Source: Zygnema circumcarinatum SAG 698-1b
Lineage: Eukaryota > Plantae > Zygnematophyceae
Direction of reading: 5' to 3'
Assembly (NCBI GenBank): GCA_037447605.1
Contig: CM074805.1
Span: forward strand, 898,062 to 962,061
DNA: 64,000 nt
The notes beneath the pieces are model-generated. The model saw only the letters and a list, made by a program, of their open reading frames with translations, was not told where the DNA came from and searched no databases. A program made the position numbers and the translations under genes. Below are positions 12,290 to 23,927 of this stretch, piece after piece. The number at the start of each line of letters is the position of its first letter. Position 1 is the stretch's first letter.

Positions 12290-12928
12290 TTACGCCTCGT
12301 CACGGGAGTAGGCAGGATCTTCGTTGTATGCTCCATACTTCTTCTTCATTTTGTCCGCCAATACATGTGCGCTCTTCGCTTCCATCTTCTCCTTCCTCCT
12401 CTCCGCCGCCGCTTGCTCCTTCGCTGCTTGCTTGGGATTCACTTCGACTGTTTGTGCTTCCAAATCTTCATAGAAATCAATGAGCCCGCACTGATAAATG
12501 AGGCATGACAAGAGGAAAGTCACGAGCTGGCTGCAGAAGAGAATGAAGTACAGCGCACCCTCCGCCCGCAGCAAGCTTTTCGCCGTCGACTTCTTCGTGT
12601 CATGCCCGATCTCGTTCAGCACGGTGTCAAGTTTGAAGAAAATCACCAGAAACGAAACGCAGAGCCCTGCAGTCGACAGAAGCATTCCAAGCAGATGGCA
12701 GCCAAAGCATCCTCCTTGGCCGGAAGAAATTGCGCCAAAGAGTCCAGCCACTGTAGTCACCACTCCAAGCGCCACAAAGCCCCAGCCCGCAGGAAAGCTT
12801 GGACTGTGCTTGATCACAAACATGATGACGATGGAGGCCAAAGCGCCCGACACCACCACCCAGTTCACCAGCCTGAGGAAGCCGGTTGAAATATGGGCCA
12901 CATGGCCCTTCAGAGATCTTCCAGGCAT
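12290..12928 (-). CDS. Four-TM tetraspanin-like protein, TOM2A/TET18-20-like; C-terminus may be spliced
   Basis: Four hydrophobic segments, a GCFGC inner loop, and a C-terminal KMKKKYG resembling the TOM2A RMREKYG motif. ATG at 12928. Confidence 0.7.
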   Translation of the reverse strand: MPGRSLKGHVAHISTGFLRLVNWVVVSGALASIVIMFVIKHSPSFPAGWGFVALGVVTTVAGLFGAISSGQGGCFGCHLLGMLLSTAGLCVSFLVIFFKLDTVLNEIGHDTKKSTAKSLLRAEGALYFILFCSQLVTFLLSCLIYQCGLIDFYEDLEAQTVEVNPKQAAKEQAAAERRKEKMEAKSAHVLADKMKKKYGAYNEDPAYSRDEA

Positions 12929-13680
12929 GGCGCCGCTTCCCTGCTCCCACAACAAATCAACAGAAACCTCCTCCCTCCTCCTCTCCTCCCTCCTCTCCTC
13001 CCTCTACTCTCCTCTCCTCTCCTCTCTCCCTCCCTGTCCTCTCCTCTGTCACCTCCCTCTCCCCTCTCCGGTCGCTCGCAGTCTCTGCCCCCTCCCTTTC
13101 CGACCCGTTGGCTGACGCTCCCGGTGATGTAGTCCGCTCCAAATGATGTAGGGTCAGCGCTACATCACCCTCCCATGCTGGCGGAAAAGTGATGCAGGCC
13201 TGGCCCAAAGTGATGTTGAGCGCTCCGAGTGATGTCGTGGATGCGGGCGGCGACCGCCGGAAGGGGCGGCGACGGGAACATTCCTCGCCGGCCACGTGGC
13301 AGTACGGCGTGAGGGACAGCTCGCGCTCGCACGGGCGAACTGCATACCCGACCCATGTGCAGCTGTTATTGTCCTGTTTTCCTCGACAGTGAGACTGTGC
13401 ACTGAACAGGGAAAGGCAGTTTTCTCTGTCAGCCCGCTCGGCCAAAAGGCTCCGTTCCGTAAAAGAGAATGCGAATCACGACATTATGACAGGCGGCAAG
13501 CCTGGATTGGCTCCGTGTAACGCGGCAACGTCAACGGTCAACGATCAGTGGCCGGATGGGGCCCGATTGGGGGCGTCGAAAGGGCGAATATGGCATGGGA
13601 AGAGTACGCAGGAGGACAGGCCTTGAGGGCGCCCAAGCCCTCCCCTCCCCCACATCGGCATTGAGCTTCGGGCTGCAGCA

Positions 13681-13764
13681 CTGGCACTGGCACTGGCACT
13701 GGCACTGGCACTGGCACTGGCACTGGCACTGGCACTGGCACTGGCACTGGGACTGGGACTGGGA
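13681..13764. repeat. (CTGGCA)11(CTGGGA)3 hexanucleotide microsatellite
   Basis: Directly visible. Confidence 0.97.
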
Positions 13765-14389
13765 CTCACTCATAGAAGCATAGTACTTTGTGTTCAGCAG
13801 CTCACTACACACCCTGAGAACTCCAAACTTCTGACAAACATCACGGAAGACCCGCTAAGTGTGGTGCAAGGGCTGCTTCAAGATGCGCCCACACAACTCG
13901 TGCGCATGTCACAGAAGCCAAACGCAGCCACGAGGCCCATGGCTTCCCGCCCAGTGCAGCCGCAGCAGACGGAGGAGGTCAACATCACACAGACACTGTT
14001 CGCATGCAAACCAATTACTTCAATCATTGCTTTTCCAACTCCAAGACAGTGTACAGAATCCACCTCTTCCAGCTTCACACTCTTATCTTTGTCTGCCACT
14101 ACTTGAAACCGCAATTCAAACGCTCTAATGGAAGGCCAATTGGCGGGTTCCTCCAATCACTGCCATAGGAAATGCGGACACAGGCAAGTAGCCGCAAAGC
14201 GGCGCTTGCTTCACTGACATTGAACAGAGAGTACTATTACTCTACAAAATATCTGAATAATCCGCCATTTCCCTGACACCAAACAAAATGACCAGGCAAA
14301 GCGTAGCAATAAAGAAATGGAATTTCACATCTTCTTACAAAGCCAGGCCCCGGAAGGGCAGTGGCAGCTTTTCGGTCAAAGGGAGGGCT

Positions 14390-17300
14390 TCAGGAAAAAA
14401 TTGCCTTGGCGCAGATGCAGACCTGGTCACACTCGCACAGCAGGCGCGCAGTGCTCTTGTGGAGGTGTTTTCTACACCGCGTAAATATTGAATCATAAAG
14501 AATGTCAAAATGGATGCCGGCACGAGCCGGGTTGAGGATGAAGGTGATATGGTCTGCCTCGAACAGGGTGTAGTACCTGCGCAGGGAGCAAAGCTCAGAA
14601 ATACCGTGAGAGGGAGGAGAGGGAAGGGAGGAACGAAATTGTGCAGGACAGTGATAGCATTCATCAGCCAAGGTTTGCAGCTACACCAACCAAGGTTCGG
14701 CACCTGCAGGAACTGCAACTAATGTGAACGTATGAACACATCATGTTAAGGCTGATCAGTGACATTCGAATCCCATCAAGCTATCGGTTTTAGAGTTTTC
14801 AAAGTGATCGTTAAGCTCCTCACCAAATGCCTGGCTCAAACCGTTGCCTTCCTTTAAGCTTCAGAGGACAATGCATATGCTTCGTCGGCACGCGAGGGTA
14901 GAGCATGGAAATAGTGTTCAGACAGCCGTCATTATCGTGCCAGTCCTCATCCCTGCTCCCCAACAGCGAAAAGGACGGAGTAATGAGTTGAGTTTTAGCA
15001 GCCACCCCTCATTTATTAGTGGAAGATAGCGGTCATTAAGCCGTCTGCGATACCTTCAATTGCGTCTGCAAACTGTACAGCCCCTAAAGCTGCTCATCTG
15101 ATGTTACAAGTGAAAGCTTACAGCAGTCACTGCAAGCAGTACTTGTAGCCCAACCTACCTGTAGCCCTCGTAAGGAGCAACACATGTCTGAGGAAGTCTC
15201 CATTGGCTCATTTGAAAAGACCGGATAAGAAAGACCGGGTGAATGCCTGCTGTGATAGGCAGTGTCCGCCCCATCACTCTCCTTGTCTTCTTTGTCGCAT
15301 AGCTGCAAGTGGTCATCAGCAGTGCCCACTAGAGTTAACCTTGGACAGTTGAAATGCCTACAGCTATTTGAACGGAAAAGTAGATGATGATTATGATGAG
15401 GGCTTAGCCAACTGTAAAAAAACATAAATGTAAAAACATCTTTAAGTCCTTTGCATACAAAGGCTGAGAGCTCAAGAGGCCATGTGTGTTGAAGAGCAGT
15501 AAATGCCAGGAAGGTGCTCCTTACCTAAAGTAGTACGTATTTGGATACGTCTTCAGCCGTTTATTGAGTTCCATGCTAGCCTGTAAGCTTAGGTCAGGCA
15601 GAATCCAGTCACCGGAATGTAAGGGGCCAATACGCTTCATAAGTAGATCCCATAGGCCAACCAATCCAACTTTATGCCATGATAAGTTGAAGTGGTCAAA
15701 GCCCCAACTATAGTAGCGCTTCAGGGGTGTGATGTCAAACCATTCGGTGAAGATAATGACTAAGTAGAGCACTTGAAGGAGTGTGCATGGGCGCAAAGAT
15801 AATCCATCACTAGGGCTGCACAATGTTTCACAGAACGAACGGCTGAGAAAGTTCCTAGTGCTCCTAGTTCCTAGTGTACCTAACACTAAAACACAGGGAT
15901 AGCCAGGACTGGTCCCCCGTGCATGTCGAGCTATGTAGGCGGCCTTTCCCTTTGCTACTAGTCATTCGCTCATGCTTCAATAAAAGTATGTCTCGATGTA
16001 AAAGAGATGTAGAGTATGGATTTATAAGGCCTTCTTTCCAAAAAGTCAATCATTAATAAAAACACTCTCAAATATGCTTTACTGATATGATTAAGGAAAT
16101 AAACAAAACGAAAGCAAAGGTTAAGAGTACTATAAATTCACCTCAGGCCATCAATATACACACGTGTTGAACCGTTCATGGCACCAGATATGGAAGTGAG
16201 GCTGGCCACCCAATCAGCATTGCTGTTCTCGAAGCCAGGGAAATACTGTTTCGGGCACAGAATGAACAAAATACAAATCAGACCACGACCACAGAAGGAG
16301 AGATTCACGTTCAGAAGATTGTTATAGAGGTCAGCATGTCAAGTATCAGATTTCAGGGTCTCTAAATCTTCTTTGGGACATGAAGAGCGCTTTAGGTTCC
16401 AAGCCAGAACTTTTTAACAACCCAGCGGTAAAATGCAACTTGATTCGTACCTTCTCAGCCAATAAAGTTTGCAGTAACCGCACGACCTGGACTCCAGATG
16501 AATGCCCAACAAAATGAATAGGATGATTCTCGTCCCATTCGGGATAGTGACCTGAGCATACAATTGCAAACGCAATAAGAGTGCTGTATCTCTCAGACTC
16601 CATACGGAAGTTGCAACAATCACCCGTCCAAGAGAGCAATTGGTGTGCTGTAGTGTGAAAAGGACTAACTGGCTAAGCAGATTCCGCTAAGGAATTGGTG
16701 AATGAAGAGATGACTCAACTAACTCAACTCGACTGTTTGTAACTTACCTATATTGTAAACCCTGCCAAATCGGTTATGTCCAAAATGTTGACTGTGCTCT
16801 TTTCCATAGTCCACGGTCCCGCCCTTCAGATAGTAAAAAAGCTCACAAGCCCTGCGGCAGCGAAAGAGTATTGCATACCACCATCAACCTAACTTGCTAA
16901 GTCATCCACTCAACCTATCGGAACCGAAGTTGGCGGAACCAATAAATGAGAAAACTGAGCGAGGGTCAGACAAGGGAAAACCACTGATTTGGAAGCTACA
17001 GTCCATGGATATCCTCAATGATTCGGCAGAATTGAACAAAACAGCAATTGCCAGGCGTATATGCTCTAGAATCCTCTCTTTACATTGCGTAATCTCTTGT
17101 CGGGCACATGCCATTATTCAAAGGCATGGAGTCCTTCAAATCATAACCAAGCTCGTGCAACTACTTGCCTGTCATGCAAACTTGACAACGATCCAAGATC
17201 AGGTACGAGGACACGATCGTCCCTTAACTCTGCTCCACCAAAGTACGAGAGACCCCCCAATTTCTGTTCTGCCAAATGCGACAAAATTCAAAGATTAGAG

Positions 17301-17784
17301 CTACCTTTCGCAACGATTTCAGGATTTGACTGTTATTATTCAAAGCTTGCACTTGTAGCTAATCAAGCACGCTGGTGCAAAAGCGGTCAGATGTGCACAG
17401 CCGAATTTACAACAGTCACACGTCGAGCAGCTTGCTTACCCCGTGGCCAAAACCAAAAATACCGTGTACTAGGACAATTGGCGCCAGATTCTGATACAAA
17501 TTTCCAGCTTTTTCGAAATCATCAGCATTGTAATTCAGATTTTCCCCTGAAGCCGGCGGAACATCCGCTGTGAATGTAGAAAGTGAGGCTTCAGTAAACT
17601 TCGACACTTTTCTCGGTAGGGCCGATGGGGGCAACTTCTCGGGAGTGCTCGTAAAAACCCTGAAAAACTTAATAAAGTCACAAACGAGGGCCCATGCTAT
17701 GACTGTTCCCGCGTAGGTAATGTGAACAATTATACTTATTGTAAGTTCCAGCGCACACATAAGTTGCCAAATCCTTTGCAGCAT
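14390..17784 (-). CDS. Alpha/beta-hydrolase lipase (plant family resembling staphylococcal/Geobacillus lipases), 9 exons (17440-17784, 17169-17263, 16748-16851, 16451-16551, 16142-16245, 15525-15815, 15159-15302, 14824-14952, 14390-14576)
   Basis: PIVLVHGIFGFG oxyanion region, HPIHFVGHSSG nucleophile elbow, GDWILPDL, DWHDNDGCLNTISM (catalytic Asp), EADHI (catalytic His). Phases are consistent and one intron is GC-AG. Confidence 0.92.
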
Positions 17785-19548
17785 GTTTCAACGATGCTTT
17801 CTACAAGTCCAAATTCTACTTCCAGGTAAAGCTCTCCACCAATGGTCGGGTCTCCTATGCTCTCATGAGCTCCTGTTCGATGCCCTTACAGCCTCAGCTG
17901 CAGGCGGATTCAAAACTAGCAACAAGCTCTATCTCGCCAGAAAAGCTGCCAAAACCCAGCATCTAAGTTCAACCGGCGACCCTCGGGCCTGCCAGCTCAA
18001 ACCATGCCAGGCACGGCAAGCAATCTCAAGCGCCCTTCTACATAACAGGAATGGCGGGCGGCGCCTGGAATTCTCCACACTGAACGCTCAGTGGCGGAGC
18101 TTTCCGAGGGTCCGCACAAGCTGGATGACCTGGCAGCAGCCATGGCTGCCCCCCTGGCTGGACCTGGAGCCGCCTCGCGACGCAGGCAGGCAGCAGGACC
18201 ACTGACAGGCGGGGGCTCCTCGACCAGACCTACGTTTCCTTTCAGCTGCCCGGAAGCCGGTCGGCCCAATCCCAAAACATATCACATTTCTGTACCAGCT
18301 CCGCTCGTTGGACACGTGTCCTTCCACTACTGGCTGGAACTAACCGTTTCCAGTTCGTACGGTAACAATTAATTCAAAAATAGGTCAGGAAAAAAGTTGG
18401 TGACCGACCCTGTCACACGTGTGACGGCTATATCTGATAGGCTGTCTGGATTTCCCCCCTGCGGGCAGCCACAAGCTTCCCGGCGGCAGGATCCGCCTCG
18501 GGCCGTCCGCCGCCAGTCAACGAAATCCGTACAGAAAGCCGTCGCACACGCCTAGGAGACGCGTGATTGGTCCAAAATTGTTCGGGCAGGCTGGACAGTT
18601 GGCCGGACGTTGTCAGAATCTTCGCTCGAGAAGTTTCCAGATAAGATTCAATATCGGGATATATCGTCTGGAAATGTTTTGGCGGAAATGGGCGCGGTGG
18701 TTCCTGATTGGTCAACTCGTGGTGGCTGTTCGGAACTGCAATTACTGTATTCCGGTACCGTACTGACTAAATTAACATGGATTCAACTGACTAACGTGAC
18801 TGACTACATTAGGCTTCATGTCGCTGACCATTGAATTGGCAACTTTGGCTAATCATCAGCCAATGGCTCTCAACCATCGAATGGCGGATCCAGCCAACCA
18901 TTGGCAATGGGTTGCAACCACTGGGTTCAATGGTTGGTAGACATTGCCAATGGTTGGCGTCTTTGAGACAACCATTTTAGTTTGCCCGGTGTGCTGCTTT
19001 CCATATCCAGGTTCTGGTTGTGCTGCAGTTTGGCGCTTGCACATGTTTCGGCAAAAAAGTGGCAATGGTAGGTGAGGGGCTCCATACCAATGGACACATG
19101 ACATGCGGCATGCCATGCTCAGTGCGTGTGCCATTCATAGCCATGTGTATTGAGCATTCCCTGCGTGCATGCATGCATGCACCGTGTTCACTGGATGTGC
19201 ATGCAAGATCGAGATCCCCGTAATAACCACTTTCTTGGGAATAGTGATGTGTGCTTCCATTGTTCCACGTGAGCCACACCACAAACGACACAGAATGGGG
19301 GGATGGCAGAAAGGATCACCAAGAATCTGCACCCTTGCGGGCTTGGAAGGCACCTCGATGGTAAAAGAATAACGAACTCAAGAATCAATACCTAAAAAAC
19401 TAGCCATTACATGTCTAACAGTAATAGAAATTCACTGACCATTTATTACCTGACAAAGTTCAGCCTCGATCAGAATGACAAGGCGGCCGAGTCACAGAAG
19501 CACCTTGGAAAGAAAAAAAAAAATTAAAAAAACGAGGGCAAGCCGTGA

Positions 19549-22500
19549 TCACAACTCATCATGGTCGTAGTCGCTCGCGAATTCCAGGACGAGTTCTTCA
19601 AGATACATCTTCTTCACCATGCGGTATTGGATTGTCAAGTCGATGAGCCCATTCAGCGCCCCAACATGGCCACAATGCTCCCCAGCGCACTCTGCCTCCT
19701 GCTTCCTCCTCCCTACATTGATGGTCTTTTTGTCCATCGTAATGGTGGTCTTGAACGACTCCAAGATTTCCAGACACCTTCTACTTACCGACACAAAAGC
19801 ATCCTCCACCTCCACCTCCCAGTCGGACTCATCAGCCGTCCACGGCCCCCCATGGGTCTCCCTCTCGAGCATAGCAAATGCCCCAATAAGCCGCGAGTCT
19901 ACAACTCCATTAGGATAAAGCACAAGGGCCTCTCCATGAGTGTTGTCATGCGGATCAATGTAATCCGACCCCACCGCATTCAAACGATTGGCTAAGTCAG
20001 CCCTCCCCACAGACTGCAGCTGCTTCGCAGCTCCCTCCTTCGCAGCCTCTATGAAGTGCTCAAATGCGTCCTCTGGTATGGCTCTTTTCTTTCCCCGAAA
20101 TGCTTTATGAAATCTGCACAGATAGTCCACGTCAAAATCTGTGGCTGAGACCATCCATCACCATCCTATAAACCTCAAATCACTCTTCTGTTCTTCAATT
20201 CTCCGTCCTAGACTCTTCCAACGACTGCTGTTACGAGGCAGAGATGAGTACCTTTTGATGTACCATTCGACAGCTTCAGCCAAGCTGTAGAACAAGACAG
20301 TGGAGTCACGTGGATTGGAAGCTGTCACCAGACCGTAAAACACAAACATTGCTTCCGTTGTAAGGTCTCCATAGTCCGCCAAAGCCGCACTCCCAATCGG
20401 AATATGACCCTGTGCGAGCAGCTCTACGCGGTCACTAAAAACGCCGACTCCTCGCCAATCAGTGTTGGGCTGCATGCAGAAAAAAGGAGGGCTCACCAAA
20501 ATGAGGTAGGAAGAATAAGTACGCAGCAGCAACCTCTACAAACCGGTGGACATAAATGGCAACAAGCCTCTAACCTTCTCCGCTTCAAAAAACTGGCCAG
20601 CTATTTTTCCATCGTGCATTCTCGAGTGACAAAGGCACAAATATACGACTCACTAAACGTTTCTGTCCCTGTCTCTCTGCCTCTGTCGCGGTTTCAGCCT
20701 CAGTTTCCTTCGCAGGCAACAAGTATGATGGCAGCATTCAAACCTCCACGTGGTGATTTAAGAGATCTGCAATGGGCAGAAACATGTAGCGCCAACTCCC
20801 TTCCAGACTTCCCTCACTGCAGGATAAACAGTCGAATAATGTATATTAAAATCGAAAAAAAAGGCCAACGACAAAAGCGAAAGCGAATGAAAGAATCGAG
20901 CAAACAATTTGGAATGCTTGTTCTTGTTCTCACCTCACCTTCTGGGTACAAACAACGCGAAAGCGTGATTCCACACCATGGTGAGGGCCCAACCAAAAGC
21001 CTCCCATGATGCATATGCGATTGCTTCAGGCTCACAAGCTTCATAGGCTTCCGCTGCCTCACTCTGAAGGTCCCTGATACGGCGGATGGTGGGCTCATAC
21101 TGCACTTCAAACAGCTGATCTTGATGGAGATCCATCCATGGAATGAGGTGGTGTTGAGGGAAGGTATCAAGGTATGGTTTCCATGGAGACTTATCACCCT
21201 GAACCGCATGGAAATAGGGATTCCAAGTCCAAAAGATTAAACATGTTAGGAATTTAGCTTCACTTGGTCGGTCGGTCTCGACCGAGGGGTTTTCAGATAT
21301 GAGTGAAAACTACAACCCCCCTCTCCCGCTCCCTCTCTCTCTCGCACGTTTGTGCTGTTGCTCCCCTCCCTTTCCCCAGAGGCACAGCCTCTACTCGCCT
21401 TCACTGCTCCCTCACTGCATTTTGACTTAAGGTTGAAACAGAAACCGCATTGTTTTGTCCATATCGACTGCATTCTGCGTCACCTAACTGCATTTCCATG
21501 TTGCTTGTTGAGTCAAAGTCTCACCAGTGCTAACTCGCGCAGGAGCTTTGCCGCAAGAGCAACCTGCCAGTCAGCTCCGTGATAAGGCCTAGGATCATTC
21601 TCCTGAAGTTCGAACGCTATAGAGTATGGGATTGTCACCATAACATCACCGAATTCAAATGGAGAAACTGTGAAAAGTGCTCTATCATCGGCTTGTACAT
21701 CGGGCAAGTATATGGACAACTTGTTGTGCGGGGGAAAAACCTGTACGGAACAATGAGGAGTGAGAATCAGATAAGCACAGAGTCTTGGAAACGAGAGAAA
21801 GTCAATCAAAGAGGAAGGAAAATGAAGAGGGAAAGAGATGAAGAATTAGAGTCGGAGAAAGAAACGAGAAAGAACAGAAAAAGGTAGGACAGTTATAGGA
21901 GAAAATAGAGAGAATGATAAACTGATGGAGGGTACAGAACGAGCTTCACTATCTTGCCTAAAGCGAGATCCAAAGTTAAGACCCAATAGTCTTCACTAGA
22001 AATTTCAGGTCTCCTTCAAAACGAAAGTGATCGAGTAAAATTGACGAGCTCTAATGCTTGGTATCCCGTGCAAATTCATGTAACCGAGTTTGTTACAGAG
22101 AGAGAGAAGCGTTGACAGTGAGCGTGTACACATTGATGCTAATGAAAAATAGCATGGATGGATCGTACAAGTGCATGGAGCATCCTTGCAGGTTTCAAAG
22201 CTCTCATTCTATTCAATAGTCGTTCTGAACTGATACATAGCGAGAAACTGCATAACTGTATGCTGTCCAAAAGTATGGTCAAATATTCACACGATTAAAG
22301 CAAAATACCTGGGGGCAAATTTCTTACAGACATGAGGGAAAGTAAACACGGTTTTAAACATTCAATGCAGATTTCGAAGTCATTTTATTGCTAATTCCTG
22401 ACGATCTGACTTGGTTTTGATTCTGTACTTCTGTCTGCCCTATCAGAATCACCTGGAAGGCTGCCGCTGTCAGGGACAACTAGAAAGCCCTCAGCGCAAA

Positions 22501-23061
22501 ATTTGTTAATTGTTGTGCTTCAAACCTCTCTGGCGAGCACGAGAGGTACCACAAAGACTTTCAATGCCATTTTGTAGGTCACAGCGACTTAGATTCTATA
22601 ATTACTTGACGCACCGAGCCGATTCGATACTCAAAGAGACTGAATGACGATAATTTATACACAAGCAATGCGAATTCTTTTCATATCAACCTTCTGAGAT
22701 CGAGCGAATTTGAGATTGTTACTGAAATACTGAAATCATTTCAAGAGCCTGCCGCAAGATAGCTGTGTTTCTATGTCTGACCGCCCTCCAGTCTGCAAAA
22801 GCAGCCTCATCATGCTTCAAGAGGGATCCATGGCGGGTGCGGATCCCGCAAGGATCTCTCAGGCTATTCCAGGCAGTGATGGCAGAGGTAACGGACCTCG
22901 GTCACATTGTTGTGCCGAAGCCAATCCAGAAACACAACTGTGGCATTGCGATCTCCCGATAAATCGCCTCCTGCCTCTTCCTTCTCGCTCTCTCCGACAG
23001 CCATGTCCGAGGCTGCGAGAAGAAATCCAAGAAGCAAAAGCCATAGCTCGACAGGTGGCAT
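19549..23061 (-). CDS. Rubisco-LSMT/SETD3-type SET-domain protein with signal peptide and C-terminal HDEL, 6 exons, ~498 aa (22897-23061, 21525-21740, 20939-21198, 20744-20816, 20252-20469, 19549-20113)
   Basis: FLDWLRHNN, GDVMVTIP, SPWKPYLDTFP, FGWALTMVWNHAF, FLPIADLLNHHVEPN, DYG...FYGL, and an LSMT substrate-binding-type CLEILESFKTT...QYRMVKK. Ends HDEL*. All five introns are GT-AG with matching phases. Confidence 0.85.
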
Positions 23062-23927
23062 CTAGCAGCCGCTCATTAGAAAGACTGCCGTAAACTTCCA
23101 CTTCCGGCGGACACGCGGCGGCTGCAGAGAGACGATGAAGGTGCCCCCTTATACCCTTCTCCTGGACGCCGAGACACTTCGCCCATAGCCTGCCCGCGCT
23201 GTCACCGCATTATCATCGCGGCTGTTCCAGCGCAGGGAGGGAGGGAGGTAGGGAGGGAAGGAGGCGGGAGTGAGCAGCGGCAACCCCGTTAAGCTACCGC
23301 GACGACCAGCACCACAGCTTAGGGAACCGAGGGACGTATCGGCTGTACACTGATGCCATGTCGAATCGAATCGAATCGTATCTTTACTATCTTGACGTGT
23401 ATCGATATGACAATTATGATCGTTACAAAACGATATATCGTACGCGCATATCGGTGCTCTGGGATGCCCTCGTCATACGGGCACATTGTTGTCACGTGGC
23501 ATTACGTTAATGGCTGCGTCCGCGACATGTGGCGTCATCAGACTGTAGGACAAGGGCTTGACTTTGTGCCACGGGGCGGCAGCTTTGTCGTTTGCGAAAA
23601 GGCCACTTCGCCGGCGTGTTGGCTATGACCTTCAGAACGTGCCGGCGCCGGCAAGCTCGATCGTGTATGGCCGGCAGCTCCGCTGGCCGGCCGAAGTACG
23701 GTCAAGGCGCCGGCGGAAAGGCCGGCCGGCACCGGCAAGCTCTGTCGGTCACAGCCGATACGCTGGCAAGTTTCCGATACGACCACCAATGGCCATGGCT
23801 TTGTTGACTTGGCGGTACAGTACTGATGATCACGAGCACCGTAATGGTTATAGTCATGGTCATGACTATAAGGGCGAAGATGAAGGGGGCGGGGAGGGAG
23901 AGAGGGAGGGGCTGAGGGACGGCGGCC

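Noticed and set aside
13861-14156. Short ORFs between the tetraspanin promoter and the lipase 3' end
   Set aside because: No motifs, and I found no phase-compatible splice join to the lipase. Most likely UTR.
14755-14780. tRNA T-arm-like TTCGAATCCC
   Set aside because: No cloverleaf, acceptor stem or A-box context.
20152-20160. Apparent in-frame TGA splitting the SET gene (pseudogene or readthrough/selenocysteine)
   Set aside because: It lies inside a phase-consistent GT-AG intron (20114-20251) that joins YIKR to FHKAF.
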